From: Syntrophorhabdaceae bacterium | GTDB taxonomy: Bacteria; Desulfobacterota; Syntrophorhabdia; Syntrophorhabdales; Syntrophorhabdaceae | DNA: 64,000 nucleotides | Assembly: GCA_963665295.1 (NCBI GenBank) | Contig: OY762209.1 | Span: 32,001-96,000 of the forward strand | Direction of reading: 5' to 3' | Part shown: one piece after another, positions 38,168 through 49,065 of the stretch | Layout: every line of letters starts with the position of its first letter | Numbering within the stretch: position 1 is the first letter of the stretch | Notes under the pieces: model-generated | What the model saw: the letters and a program-made list of their open reading frames with translations, nothing else | Told to the model about the DNA's origin: nothing | Databases searched by the model: none | Position numbers and translations under genes: made by a program

Positions 38168-38950
38168 CTACTCGTTTCTGTAAACCGGCTTTCTCCTCTC
38201 GAAGAACGCGGCCATGCCTTCCTTCATATTGTATGTACCCGTAAGTTTGGAAGAGTATGCGGATTCCAAAACGCCGCCTTCATCGAGCCCTGTCTCAAGG
38301 CCTTCAGCTGTAGCCCGCATGACACCCTCTACGGCCTGGTAATTCTTTTCGGCAATCTCCGTTGCAAGGGCTTTTGCCTTCTCCACGAGGTCGGAGGCAG
38401 GATACACGGCATTCACAAGACCGATATTGAGGGCCTCCTCACCTGAGACCCGCCGTCCCGTCAACATCAGTTCCAAGGCTTTGGGTTGACCGACAAGCCG
38501 GGGCAGCCTCTGCGTACCCCCCAGGCTCGGCATAGTGCCGAGGGTGATCTCCAACAGGCCAAGAGAAGCTTCGGGGCCGGCAAGACGCATATGGCACGAT
38601 AATGCCAATTCCAGACCGCCGCCGAAGCAGTTTCCATTGATCGCGGCAATAACAGGGCGGGGCAGTTTTTCGACTCGCCTGAAAAGGGCTTTCATATCGA
38701 GTGTCATCCGGGTATTGGCTTCTGCGGTTTCCAATGCATTAATGTCTTTGACATCAAGGCCGGAGATGAAGACCTTGGGCGAACCGGTGATGACGACAGC
38801 CCGGGCTTCCTTTTTTTCTACCAGGTTTATTACCATATTACATAGCTCGTGGTAGTAAGTAAGGGGCAATACATTATGGGGGGGTCGGTCGATTGTGATA
38901 AGGGCCACCCCGTTTTCCACGGAACATCTTAAAGCATCATTGTCTGACAT
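38168..38950 (-). CDS. Enoyl-CoA hydratase/isomerase
   Basis: FISGLD, GGGLELAL, GLLE, GGTQRLPRLVG, EGMAAF.ERR.P. Confidence 0.92.
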   Translation of the reverse strand: MSDNDALRCSVENGVALITIDRPPHNVLPLTYYHELCNMVINLVEKKEARAVVITGSPKVFISGLDVKDINALETAEANTRMTLDMKALFRRVEKLPRPVIAAINGNCFGGGLELALSCHMRLAGPEASLGLLEITLGTMPSLGGTQRLPRLVGQPKALELMLTGRRVSGEEALNIGLVNAVYPASDLVEKAKALATEIAEKNYQAVEGVMRATAEGLETGLDEGGVLESAYSSKLTGTYNMKEGMAAFFERRKPVYRNE

Positions 38951-39112
38951 GTTATTTCTCCTCTCCGGTAAATCTGCAACCGGGGCAACGCTCCCGGGAA
39001 ATCACGGTTACTGCTCCTAATGCCAACCTCCAAGGTTGAGGGACCACTCCGGACCAGCCGGAAGATATCTCCTGTCCGGTCCGGAGGGCTAGAGTAGACT
39101 CCTGGTTATACT

Positions 39113-40090
39113 TTAGAACGGCATGATCATGCGAAGCACGACTCGCGTGCCTTGTGCCCGCGCCTCAGCCTGACTTTCCGAGTAAGCCTTCAGGCTGAAG
39201 ATCGCCGTAGGCTTCCGCTCACCTTCACGAATATAGGTATAGGATATGCCCGGACCGATGGCGAAAATCCTCTCTTTGGAGTTCGGCACCGTGTTGCTGT
39301 CCAACTGGTCGGCAGTGGTCTGCTGCCCGTAATAGCCTACTACGCCGAACCGCAGTAAAGGCGTGATAAAATCAAGGGACTTTGAAAAGCTGTAATTGAA
39401 ACGCCACATTTCGCCTGCCTGCATGCTGTGAGTAGCGAAGTCCCGTGTAAGGGCCGGGTTCACATAGGAATTGTTCTTTGTATTCCAGAGGTAATGCTGC
39501 CTGGTGCTCAACTCGAAGCCTTTCGGCATGGTCAGCGTCATGGCAACAAAGGGTTCAAAGGTCCAGAAATTCGCACCTGCGTTGAATGCCGCGTCCTTGT
39601 CGTAAGAACCGATCGGGGCGTAGGTGTCGAACTCGCCGAACCAGTGAAAGGTCCAATCCTTCGCCAATGAATGCGAACGGCCCACGAAGGGACCAAAAAC
39701 CGCGTCACCTATCATACCGCTGTCCGCGGTAAGCCCCACATTCGAGCTGGCATTGAGACTGACCAGGGACCACTGGGTCTGCGCTCCCCAGATAAGGCCG
39801 CCGGGCAATGGTTTTGCCGCGGTATAGATGAGCTGCGGCGCAAAGGCAACCAGATTGAGCTTGTTCCTCCCCGGAATGTTGTTCCCGCTGCCGTCTTTAA
39901 AAGTGGTCGCGCTATAGGTTGCTACCTTAGGATTGAAGACAAAGCCCGGGCCCATGGATATAGCTGCCCCGTCCAGGAAGTCCGTGTATCCCCAGTTCAG
40001 GGAAGGATTCTGATTAAAGGCCATACCAGCCGAACACAGCATAGAGAAGAAAAAAACACACCCCAGGAATAGAACACATTTTTTTGTCAT
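39113..40090 (-). CDS. SphA/phenol-degradation MetA-pathway outer-membrane channel
   Basis: Signal peptide, NWGYTDFLDG, APIGSYD, NFWTFEP, QQTTAD, AIGPG, C-terminal Phe. Confidence 0.85.
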   Translation of the reverse strand: MTKKCVLFLGCVFFFSMLCSAGMAFNQNPSLNWGYTDFLDGAAISMGPGFVFNPKVATYSATTFKDGSGNNIPGRNKLNLVAFAPQLIYTAAKPLPGGLIWGAQTQWSLVSLNASSNVGLTADSGMIGDAVFGPFVGRSHSLAKDWTFHWFGEFDTYAPIGSYDKDAAFNAGANFWTFEPFVAMTLTMPKGFELSTRQHYLWNTKNNSYVNPALTRDFATHSMQAGEMWRFNYSFSKSLDFITPLLRFGVVGYYGQQTTADQLDSNTVPNSKERIFAIGPGISYTYIREGERKPTAIFSLKAYSESQAEARAQGTRVVLRMIMPF

Positions 40091-40117
40091 TTCCTTTTTC
40101 TCCTTTTATAGAAAGTA

Positions 40118-40135
40118 TGACTAACTAGTTAGTCA
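40118..40135. promoter_or_regulatory. Perfect 18-bp palindromic operator-like site
   Basis: TGACTAACTAGTTAGTCA, 27 nt upstream of the SphA-like start. Confidence 0.7.
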
Positions 40136-40272
40136 CCTTAAGCAGATAGTTACACCTCTCCCCCCTGACCCGCCACTCAAGGAGGCGGAGGGGCAGGGGG
40201 GAGATCTCGCTTTCAATGCTTCTGTCAGCTATCAAGTCAAACTTCACTGCCTCTATCCCTTTATCACGATAC

Positions 40273-42020
40273 TTATGCCTTGCCCCTCATTTTCTGGGTC
40301 GCACTTTCGTAAAGTTCAAAGGTCTCAGGGTCTATACTGACCTTGTACACATTTCGTGCCATCTCGATTGAAACAAGGCCGTTCTTCACGTCCCACCTTA
40401 CTGCTTCGGGGTCTCTCTCCTCGGGACGTCCTACGCCTCCGCCACCGCCGGCCTTGCAACAAAGGTGTCGCCCGCCTTCAGCTGCATGGAGATGTGGGGC
40501 TCCTTGATCTCCATCGTCTCGCCGTCCCGTATGATATAGGCTTTGTTCAGAAGGCTCGGGAAACCGCCCTGCTGACCTTTGCCCGTGGTATGCCACCCAT
40601 CACAGGGCCCCATGTTCGAAAAACACTCTATGGACTCGTTCACCGCTTCCCAATGTACGCCGGGGGCGCTTCGCCACTTTCCCGCGCCGTGTGAATCGGT
40701 CATGAACTCGTATTTTGTCACGCGCCACGGGAACCTCACCATCTCTTCTTCGGCGTCGGCCTTGGCAACGACACCGAGGGTGCTTCCCGTAGCAAAACAC
40801 TGATAACCGTCATTGCCATAGGTCGCCCCGGCCCCGGCATCGGGACAGAAGGTAATGTACACATACAACTCAGGCGGCATCGATCTCATATCCGGGCCGA
40901 TGAACATCAGCTCGAAGGGTCCGGGATGGGCTGCAACTGCCTTCTCCGGGAGGGCTTGTGATAGTGTATCCATCACGCACTCTATGACCTTGGTGCCGAC
41001 GAGCGAGGGTGCGGCAGCCACGAGGGCTCCGGGCCGTGCATTGCACACGGTGCCTTCTTTCGCGATTATGTGAAAAGGTTTCAAGCTTCCTTCATTGTGA
41101 TAAGCCGCGAGTTCGTGTCCGAAGAACATGAAAGCCGCGGCCAGCGACATGCTCAGGGTAACGGAATAGCCCATATTGGCGTAGCCTTTAACCTGTGGGT
41201 CACTCTCCGAGAAATCAAAGGTCGCCTCGTCGCCCTTAATGGTCAACGTACACCTGACTGTCACGGGAGCCCCCATCCGGGCGCCGTCGTCATCGGTCAG
41301 CGCTTCCGCGTAATAGGTCCCATCGGGCCACTTTGCGATCTGCGCGCGCACCGCTTTTTCCGTACGATTGATCATTTCGTCGATGCAGGCATAGAGTGTT
41401 TCCGTGCCGTATCTCTTAAGAACGTCGATGACCCTCTGCTCCGCCAATGTGGTGCTTCCGATAAGAGACCGGATCTCCCGGCCCATCATCTCGGGCAAAC
41501 GGTTGTTGGCAAGGATGAAATTGAGCACATCCTGTCTGTATTCGCCCCGCTCCATGACCTTTATGGGCGGGATATTAAGGCCTTCGGCAATAGAGTCGAA
41601 AGCCAGGTAATAGGCCCCGGGCTGAGAGCCGCCGTTATCCGGTACGTGGGTGCCCATGGCGGTCCAGAACACCAGTTCATCCTCGAAGAAGATGGGCCGC
41701 ACGAAGACCCAGTCGGAAAGGTGGACGGCCCCGGCTGCGAAAGGACTGTTAGTCAGGAACACATCACCAGGATAGATATTTCCCTCGAATTGTTTCTGCA
41801 CTGCCTTTATCTGAAAGGTACTCGAGAGCAGACGGCACGGAAAACCTTCGGGAATTGCTATGGCTTGAGCCCTGGCATCCCATATTCCGTAGGCCAGGTC
41901 GTGAAGGGTACATGCCAGTACATTGGTTGCCGTCCTTTCGATATGTTGACGCATCTCCCTGCAGATCCTCTGCAGGGCATGCCACGTTGTCGCTATGGTA
42001 ATCGGATCAGTCTGTACCAT
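40273..42020 (-). pseudogene. Hydantoinase B/oxoprolinase (acetophenone carboxylase delta-like), single frameshift near 40455
   Basis: GDVFLTN.P...HLSD, H..D.GG, EGL.IPP, GAGKWR; the GGGGGVG.P.ERDP tail is in the adjacent frame. Confidence 0.85.
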
Positions 42021-42022
42021 GG

Positions 42023-44092
42023 TTATATCCTCCTCACAATAAAATCGCCATACTCGTCGACCGTGCACTGCCACCCTTCAGGTATTACCGTCGTGGTCAA
42101 CGGGTGCTCTATAATCGCATTTCCTGAGATCACATTTCCTGCTTTCAATTTCTTCGCATCGTAGATGTTCGTCTCTTTATAGCTACCATTAAAGCAGCAT
42201 TCCCTCTTCGGTTTCTGTGCTCCCGAAGCGTCTGCCGTCCCGGTTTCTATCTTTTCCATCTTTATCTTCTGTCCCTTGGACTTGGCTATCAATCGCAGAT
42301 TCCTGATTTCCACGGGAACCCATGGCATGGAGAAAGTGTAGAGTTCCTGGTGTGTCTTATGGAACTCCGCAGTGAGCTTTTCAATGTCCTGAGCGGTGAT
42401 ATCCTCCTCAGGAAGGCTTACCTCAACCTCGTGATACTGTCCGGCGTAGCGAATATCCGCAGTCTTGATAAGGGTAAGGTCCTTTCTTGATACGTTCAAC
42501 ACTTCGAATTCTTTCAGGGCTTCCCCTATCATATCTTCATAGAGGTGATTGATGTCGCCCGGATTAGCCTTGGTTGTGGGGCAAATATAGGACCTCACAT
42601 AGTCTCGCCCGATATCGAGGGAGAACATGCTCCACGCGCTGAAGGTTGGGGCGAACCGGGGGATAACGACCTTCTTTATGTTGAGCAGGTCTGCGATAAA
42701 CATGGCGCAGAAGGCGGTGGATCCGCCGATCGCCAACAGGCTGAAATCCCTCACATCATAACCCTTCTTCGTTGATATCTCCGTGATACCGTCTGCCATA
42801 TTCGCATTGACCGTGGTAAACATGGCCTGCGCCGCTTCCTCTACACTCATCTTCAACGGGTCTGCAACCTTCTTTAATGCCGCCCTGGCTGCATCGACGT
42901 CCAGCGGCATTTTGCCGCCCCAGAATTCTTTGGCGGGAAGATACCCCAGGACTACCGCAGCATCAGCAACGGCAGGCTCCGTTCCGCCCTTTTTATAACA
43001 ACAGGGTCCCGGAAAGGCTCCGGCGCTCTGGGGACCGACCTGCAACAGACCGAGGGAGTTGATCCAGCCGATGCTTCCGCCCCCTGCTCCTATGCTTGTG
43101 ACATCCACTGCTTTGATTCCGACCCTCTCCTCTCCAAGCCAATATCCTGAAGTCAAAGAGACGTCGCCTTTATAGATCAAGCTTGCATCGAAGGTCGTGC
43201 CACCCATGTCACCGCCGAGAAGATTGGGTTCCCCTATAAAGTTCCCGAGGAAAACACCACCTGCCGGTGCGGCGGACGGGCCGGAGCCGATCAGATAAAC
43301 CGGTTTCCGTTTCAGTGCGGTCACAGACTGTGCAAGCTGGTTTGCCTGGATGATGAAGAGCTGGCCCTTAAACCCATGGACGTTCAGGCCTTTCTCAAGG
43401 GCGGTGGTGTATCTGGCCACGACAGGACCGACACACGCGCTCACAACGGCGGTGCTTGCCCTCTCATACTCACCCATGGTGGGAAGTATATCGGCCGAGT
43501 AGGTAACGAACACATCGTCGCCCAGGAATTCCCGGCAAAGCTCGGCGGTCGTCCTTTCATTCTCCGGATTGGCGTAGGAGTTGATAAAACATATGGCTAC
43601 CGCCTCCACCTTTTCCTTCTTCATTTTTTCAATGATGACCTTCAGCTCTCCTCTGTTGATGGATTTGCTGACGGTGCCGTCGAAGCGTGTTTCTTCTTCC
43701 ATTACGAACCTCAGGTACCGTGGTACTATCGGGTCGTAAGGGGGGATAAGGGCTTCATACATCGATTTTGTTTCAATCTTGTTTGCCCGGCGCATCTCAA
43801 TAATATCCCTGAAGCCCTTCGTGGTGATCAATGCTGTCTTCGCCAGGTTTCTGGTGACGACAGCATTGGTAGCCACGGTGCAACCATGGACCAGCAATTC
43901 AACCTGGCTCACGAATTTTTCAAAAGGCAGGCCGTAACCGAGGGCAGCCTCGCCCATGGCATCCATAACGCCCTGCTCGAACTGACCATCTTTGGGAGTA
44001 CTCGGCGCCTTGAATTGACGAAGGTTTCCCTGTTCATCCGAAACCACGCAGTCCGTAAACGTGCCCCCTATATCAACGCAGACTTTGTACAT
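42023..44092 (-). CDS. Hydantoinase A/oxoprolinase (acetophenone carboxylase gamma-like) ATP-binding subunit
   Basis: VDIGGTFTD, DMGGTTFD, IGAGGGSI, VGPQSAGA.PGP.CY, RYAGQYHE. Confidence 0.95.
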   Translation of the reverse strand: MYKVCVDIGGTFTDCVVSDEQGNLRQFKAPSTPKDGQFEQGVMDAMGEAALGYGLPFEKFVSQVELLVHGCTVATNAVVTRNLAKTALITTKGFRDIIEMRRANKIETKSMYEALIPPYDPIVPRYLRFVMEEETRFDGTVSKSINRGELKVIIEKMKKEKVEAVAICFINSYANPENERTTAELCREFLGDDVFVTYSADILPTMGEYERASTAVVSACVGPVVARYTTALEKGLNVHGFKGQLFIIQANQLAQSVTALKRKPVYLIGSGPSAAPAGGVFLGNFIGEPNLLGGDMGGTTFDASLIYKGDVSLTSGYWLGEERVGIKAVDVTSIGAGGGSIGWINSLGLLQVGPQSAGAFPGPCCYKKGGTEPAVADAAVVLGYLPAKEFWGGKMPLDVDAARAALKKVADPLKMSVEEAAQAMFTTVNANMADGITEISTKKGYDVRDFSLLAIGGSTAFCAMFIADLLNIKKVVIPRFAPTFSAWSMFSLDIGRDYVRSYICPTTKANPGDINHLYEDMIGEALKEFEVLNVSRKDLTLIKTADIRYAGQYHEVEVSLPEEDITAQDIEKLTAEFHKTHQELYTFSMPWVPVEIRNLRLIAKSKGQKIKMEKIETGTADASGAQKPKRECCFNGSYKETNIYDAKKLKAGNVISGNAIIEHPLTTTVIPEGWQCTVDEYGDFIVRRI

Positions 44093-44163
44093 ATTATTAC
44101 CTCCTTACGCTTTTTTGCCGTCTCATGTGTCCCCACCTTCACTTTCCGCAAACCGGACCCGGG

Positions 44164-45438
44164 CTACTTCCGACAAACATAGGGTAACATAGCTGCCCCT
44201 TTAAATCCTTCTGTCAACAAGTACTTGGGGTTGTATTTCTCTCTTCCCAGTTCTGCGTTTGCGGAGCATCTGCCGGGCAGACAGAGGTCGAATCCCACCC
44301 AACAGAGGTTATCCTTTTTGCATTTCGTAATGTCTTCTATCCTGCCTTCCTTGACTTTGTTGGGAAGGTCGGGGTCGGCTACGAGGGGTCTTCCAAGGCC
44401 TATCATGTCCGTGATTCCCTCGTTCAGGGCCTCTTCCGCCAGATCGGGTGAATGTACGCTCGCGGTAAGAATGGGAACCTTCACTACGTCCCTGAGCTTT
44501 CTCGACCACTGCAGGAAACCGCCGTCGTTCTTGTCATCCATCCTGCAACCTGGAATAGGCGGAAAACCGGCCGTGGTGCTCCAGTAATCGATACCCAGTT
44601 CCTGCAGTTTCTCAGCCAGCTTTCTCGTGTCGTCGATGGTATATCCGCCTGTACCGCCGCACTCGCTTCCCACTCGTACGCCGATGGTGAAATCCTCTCT
44701 TTCCTCTCTCAATGATTTGATGACCGCCTCGGCATACTCGAGGATGAACCGGTGCCTGTTCTCCCAGCTCTGGGCGCCGTACTGGTCCGTCCTCTTGTTG
44801 AACCTCGGATCACGGAACTGGTCCAATATATAATGATGGCACAAATGCAATTCCACTCCGTCAAACCCCGCGAGGACCGCCAATTTACAGTTCTTGGCGC
44901 TTTCCTGGATGAGCTGCTGCATTTCCGCAACGGTTATCGCCCTTGGCTTGGGATGGGTCATATACTTTTCCGTCAACCATTTGCCTTTCATCCTGCTTTT
45001 GAGAATCGTCTCAGCCTGGCCATGGGATTGATCGGTACCAAACACGTAGTCGATGTCCTCCGACGGGGCGAAGGGCTGTACGTCATCACGCATCGGATTC
45101 CCTCTGCTGCCGCTCGCAGGCAATATCTGCATAATGGCCTTGGATCCGGCCACATGGATACTCTCGGCCAGCATGGTCATCCCGGGTATATGTTCGATCG
45201 AGGTCAGGTACGGCCATGGAATATTTGCAACCGGCTTCCCTATATCAGTACACAGAATTGCGCCGACGATGCAAAGGCCTGCGCCGCCTTTTGCCCTGGC
45301 CACATAATATGCGATGTCAGTCTCGGTGATCAGTCCCGTCCAATCGGGAAACAAAAAATTGCACGGAGCCATGACGTATCTATTCTTGAGTTCTGTTGAT
45401 CCAATTTTTAAAGGCGAAAATAATTTTTCGTAAGCCAT
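44164..45438 (-). CDS. NADH:flavin oxidoreductase (Old Yellow Enzyme family) with Cys-bearing C-terminus
   Basis: LKNRYVMAP, ARAKGG, AGFDGVELH, NKRTDQYG, GRPLVADPD, C...N.C...C.AN. Confidence 0.92.
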   Translation of the reverse strand: MAYEKLFSPLKIGSTELKNRYVMAPCNFLFPDWTGLITETDIAYYVARAKGGAGLCIVGAILCTDIGKPVANIPWPYLTSIEHIPGMTMLAESIHVAGSKAIMQILPASGSRGNPMRDDVQPFAPSEDIDYVFGTDQSHGQAETILKSRMKGKWLTEKYMTHPKPRAITVAEMQQLIQESAKNCKLAVLAGFDGVELHLCHHYILDQFRDPRFNKRTDQYGAQSWENRHRFILEYAEAVIKSLREEREDFTIGVRVGSECGGTGGYTIDDTRKLAEKLQELGIDYWSTTAGFPPIPGCRMDDKNDGGFLQWSRKLRDVVKVPILTASVHSPDLAEEALNEGITDMIGLGRPLVADPDLPNKVKEGRIEDITKCKKDNLCWVGFDLCLPGRCSANAELGREKYNPKYLLTEGFKGAAMLPYVCRK

Positions 45439-45550
45439 TTCAGTGTTTCTCCTTTCCATCATAATTATATTTATCTAAGCTGCGTGTATCACCCTGCTTC
45501 AACCACTGCGTGTTATCTTCAAGTCCGCATCTTCCCGCCAAGGTTCTTTC

Positions 45551-46789
45551 CTATTCCGCCATGAGCAAGGGATGAGCAATCATCATATCCTTGCTGGGGA
45601 TTGAGTTGAGAATCTGAACACCCTTGTCGGTCACCACGAGCATCTCTTCCACCTTGATCCTGCCCAGGCTCGGATCGATAGGATCCAAAGCCTCAACAGC
45701 CATGGTCATACCCTTTTCATAGGTTTGAGGATGATCCAACGACCAAAGCCTGTTGGTCACAGGATATTCATAAAGGCTTAAGCCCAGGCCGTGGCCCATG
45801 TCGTCGCACCATGCGGCCTCTTCAGACGTGAAACCTTTCTGTTCAGCCGATTCCCAAAGTCTCGCTACCTCAGCCGTGGTGACGCCGGGCTTGATGGCAT
45901 CCAGGACCCTGTAGAGCCGGTCATTCATTCTTTTGTACTTCTCCTTCATCTTATCTGTCGGTTTTTGTCCCACCACGGCATTACGGTAGAAACAGGTGTT
46001 ATATCCCATGTAGGTGCAACGGACAAAGTCGACCGTTACCACGTCTCCCACTCGTACAATCTTATCGGTAACCTGAGCGGGACCACCGGAACTTACAATC
46101 ACCATCCATATATCTTCCGAACCGGCTCTGTACATGGCATCGTTTGCCACTGCCACCAAGTCCCTGTCCCGAACGCCCGGCTTTAACGCATCGTACAAAG
46201 CGCACCAGCCCACTTCCGCTATGGCCACGGCCATCCTCAGGCAGTTGATTTCATCGTCTGTCTTAACGGCCCGTGCTTCAAGCATCACCGACATTGCGCT
46301 CACAGTCTCCAGCCCGGCTTCTTTCAATGCCAGCCGGCCCGGTTCGTCAACGCTGTCAATACCTATCTTCTCTTTTTCCAAACCCCGTTCTTTTAACTCT
46401 CTCTTTATTTGTTCCGCGAATTTCTTTGCCGAATCCCAGACCGCATCAGGGCCACAGGCCTGGTTCGCCCAGTGAAAAGACTGCCTGATGTTTTCAGGCT
46501 TTATCCAGGGGTGTATTCCCGCGAGGGTGCCGTGAGATTCATAAAGGACAGGGTCATGACCTTCAGTCACAAGGGTGTATCTGCTCTGATCGATGAAATC
46601 CAGACCCCTGCCGCCTGTAGCATACCGAATGTTCTCAGGTCGGGTGAGCACACATGCCGCAATACCGTGCTTTTTCAACGCGGCACGGGCCTTGGCCAGT
46701 CTTTCCTCCCTCATGCGGCTAAAATTGATTCCTTCAGTCCAGTCTGCCCCACTCACCCCAAACGTGAGCTTCGGTGCTGCCTCTATCAT
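45551..46789 (-). CDS. M24 (Xaa-Pro peptidase/creatinase-like) family protein
   Basis: NIRYATG, R.VKT.DEI, GHGLGL..YE.P, KVEE. Confidence 0.88.
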   Translation of the reverse strand: MIEAAPKLTFGVSGADWTEGINFSRMREERLAKARAALKKHGIAACVLTRPENIRYATGGRGLDFIDQSRYTLVTEGHDPVLYESHGTLAGIHPWIKPENIRQSFHWANQACGPDAVWDSAKKFAEQIKRELKERGLEKEKIGIDSVDEPGRLALKEAGLETVSAMSVMLEARAVKTDDEINCLRMAVAIAEVGWCALYDALKPGVRDRDLVAVANDAMYRAGSEDIWMVIVSSGGPAQVTDKIVRVGDVVTVDFVRCTYMGYNTCFYRNAVVGQKPTDKMKEKYKRMNDRLYRVLDAIKPGVTTAEVARLWESAEQKGFTSEEAAWCDDMGHGLGLSLYEYPVTNRLWSLDHPQTYEKGMTMAVEALDPIDPSLGRIKVEEMLVVTDKGVQILNSIPSKDMMIAHPLLMAE

Positions 46790-46862
46790 TTTTCGACCTC
46801 CTTTTCACTTACTGCCCGGATGCCTGAAATCCGCACTGCTCCATCCGGTGCCATCGCATCTC

Positions 46863-47324
46863 TCACGACGCCATTTTCGGAATGTGACAAGCTTTCTTAG
46901 CCATCGCTACGCCCATAGGGGCGAAGATCAGGCTTGCTACGTAAATCGCAACCAGCGCGAAGGGATAAACCTTCAGCCATGCAAAAATGAAGAACGGACG
47001 GGCCGGTGCGGGTAAAAAGTAGAACACCATGGCAAGGGACATGAGCGTTGCCATTACAAGAGTTGCCACGGCCGTTGAGATCAGCGCCGCCGGAAAGGTA
47101 AAGGGTTTTGTTCTGCAGGCAGCCGCCAGCTTGTCGCCCCACACGTTGAACGGTATTACGAGACTCAACACAAAACTGATTACAAAGGAGACGGCGAAGC
47201 CTTCGAGAAATATCGGCCAGTTTACGAAACCAATAGATACGATGGGCAACAAGATGCTCAGCACAACGGAAAGCACGATTGACATCCACAGCGCCATGAT
47301 CACGACGAATTTCTTGTTCATCAA
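46863..47324 (-). CDS. Four-TM membrane protein (DUF2798-like)
   Basis: Two similar hydrophobic hairpins; RBS GGAGG. Confidence 0.7.
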   Translation of the reverse strand: MMNKKFVVIMALWMSIVLSVVLSILLPIVSIGFVNWPIFLEGFAVSFVISFVLSLVIPFNVWGDKLAAACRTKPFTFPAALISTAVATLVMATLMSLAMVFYFLPAPARPFFIFAWLKVYPFALVAIYVASLIFAPMGVAMAKKACHIPKMAS

Positions 47325-47591
47325 TTATCCTCCTTCTTCATAATTTAACCCCCGCTTGAGACCACCCAACATGAACGAGACATCGGCTCGAGCCGAACAT
47401 TCGGCGAGCCTTTTCCGCACACCGATTCTGTCATGTCCACGTTGCCGTAGAACCTGATCTTCCTCTCAGTGACCGTCTTGATTGAGCCTCCCACAGGAGA
47501 CCCCGGACCTGATTCAGACGACCCCGTCACTTCTTATTCACCTCCTTTCCATAAGATTTCACTGCTTTTCCTTCGAGGGACCCGCCCCATA

Positions 47592-48953
47592 TCAGAGGCC
47601 GAACATCTCCTTTGCCGCTTCCCTCAGCTCATCCTGAAAATCCGGGTGGGCTATCGAAATCAATGCCTCCGCCCTTTCCCGAATGTTCTTACAGTCCAGG
47701 TTGGCGACACCGTATTCAGTGACTATGTAATCTGCATAGAACATGGGAACCCCCACTGCGGCCCCGGGCTGCAACCGCGGTACTATGCGGGACGCCTTCC
47801 CGCTCAACGCGGTAGATTGCAGAGCAAATATCGACCGTCCGCCCTTCGAGTAATGGGCGCCGAGACTATACTCCAATGAACCTCCGGGACTGCCGATAGG
47901 CATTGCTCCCACATGGGTAACCACCATCTGTCCGAGAAGATCCACTGCCAGACCGTTATTGATGGCGACCATATTGTTCTGCTGCGCAATTCTGGGCACG
48001 TTGCACATATAGGAGATGTCACGAAATTCAAATGCGGGGTTATTGGTGATGTACTTCAGGGCCTCGGGAACCCGGGAATCCGCACCCGTATAGGTACGGA
48101 AACTCGAACAGACACTTTTCCCTCGATCAACATTCTTGTTGTTGTCGGTGATAATGCCCCGCTGTTTCATCTCGATCAACTGACGGAAGGTGAGTTCCGT
48201 ATCAATGCCGAGATCGTTCTTATCCTCAAGGAAGCTTATGACGCCTTCCGAGGCAGTACCGGTTCCTATTTCCAGTGTGTCTCCATCATTGATCAGCATG
48301 GCTATGTTGACGCCTATCACCTGGGATAACTCCCAGTCCTCCACCGAGGTGGCCGGCGCGTGATCCCCGCCCTTCACTGCATCCTCTTCAGCCGGGGCTT
48401 CGACGAGGTAGTCTATCCTGTCGATGTTGATATATTCCCCATTGACCCACGGAATGGCCGGATCGATTTCCGCTATTATTACCTTCGCCGTCTTGCAGGC
48501 AGTCGGCGAGAACCAGGTTTGATGCCCGAAACAGCAATCACCCTCACTGTTCGGAGGTGTCAGCTTGAGAAAGAAGAAGTCTTTAAAGTGATAAAGCCTT
48601 CCCCTGTTATCATCCAACTGCCTCACGCCGTCGCTAAGCCCGAATACCGTGGGCCTCCAATCGATCCTGTGCTCCTGCACTTCCTTCCGGGTATGTTTGA
48701 GAGGAAAGCCGTCCTGTATATTGAATGCCTTTGCCATCTCAGGATTCTCCCGGGGATGAAGGAAGGGATAATCCTCCACCCAATGGGACGTTATTGTTAC
48801 ATTTTTCAGTTCCTTATATCGTTTGGCCAACTCCAGGCCGATATCCCTGGGTTGGTTCATCATAGAAAACAGCACTTCTGAATCACTGGTAACCAGCTTT
48901 GCCGCCTGTTCGGCGCTCAGCAGCTTATCCTTATACTTGTCCTGCCATCTCAT
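47592..48953 (-). CDS. Acetyl-CoA hydrolase/transferase (4-hydroxybutyrate CoA-transferase-like)
   Basis: DGDTLEIG.G, DLGIDTE, AINN...VDL.GQ, S.PGG..EY, SKGG, VTEYG, IAHPDF. Confidence 0.9.
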   Translation of the reverse strand: MRWQDKYKDKLLSAEQAAKLVTSDSEVLFSMMNQPRDIGLELAKRYKELKNVTITSHWVEDYPFLHPRENPEMAKAFNIQDGFPLKHTRKEVQEHRIDWRPTVFGLSDGVRQLDDNRGRLYHFKDFFFLKLTPPNSEGDCCFGHQTWFSPTACKTAKVIIAEIDPAIPWVNGEYINIDRIDYLVEAPAEEDAVKGGDHAPATSVEDWELSQVIGVNIAMLINDGDTLEIGTGTASEGVISFLEDKNDLGIDTELTFRQLIEMKQRGIITDNNKNVDRGKSVCSSFRTYTGADSRVPEALKYITNNPAFEFRDISYMCNVPRIAQQNNMVAINNGLAVDLLGQMVVTHVGAMPIGSPGGSLEYSLGAHYSKGGRSIFALQSTALSGKASRIVPRLQPGAAVGVPMFYADYIVTEYGVANLDCKNIRERAEALISIAHPDFQDELREAAKEMFGL

Positions 48954-49065
48954 ATCCCGACCTCTCCTCTATACCAAATGGACGATGACGCACTTTCAAT
49001 GTTTCAAAGGATTTTTCGAAAGCCTGTACCCGTCATCCTCCCTTCGTTCGCGCGCAATGAAGGCT

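Noticed and set aside
47345..47530. 61-aa ORF in the catabolic operon, faintly MaoC-like (KTVTERKI)
   Set aside because: Similarity too weak to call by eye; may be a remnant.
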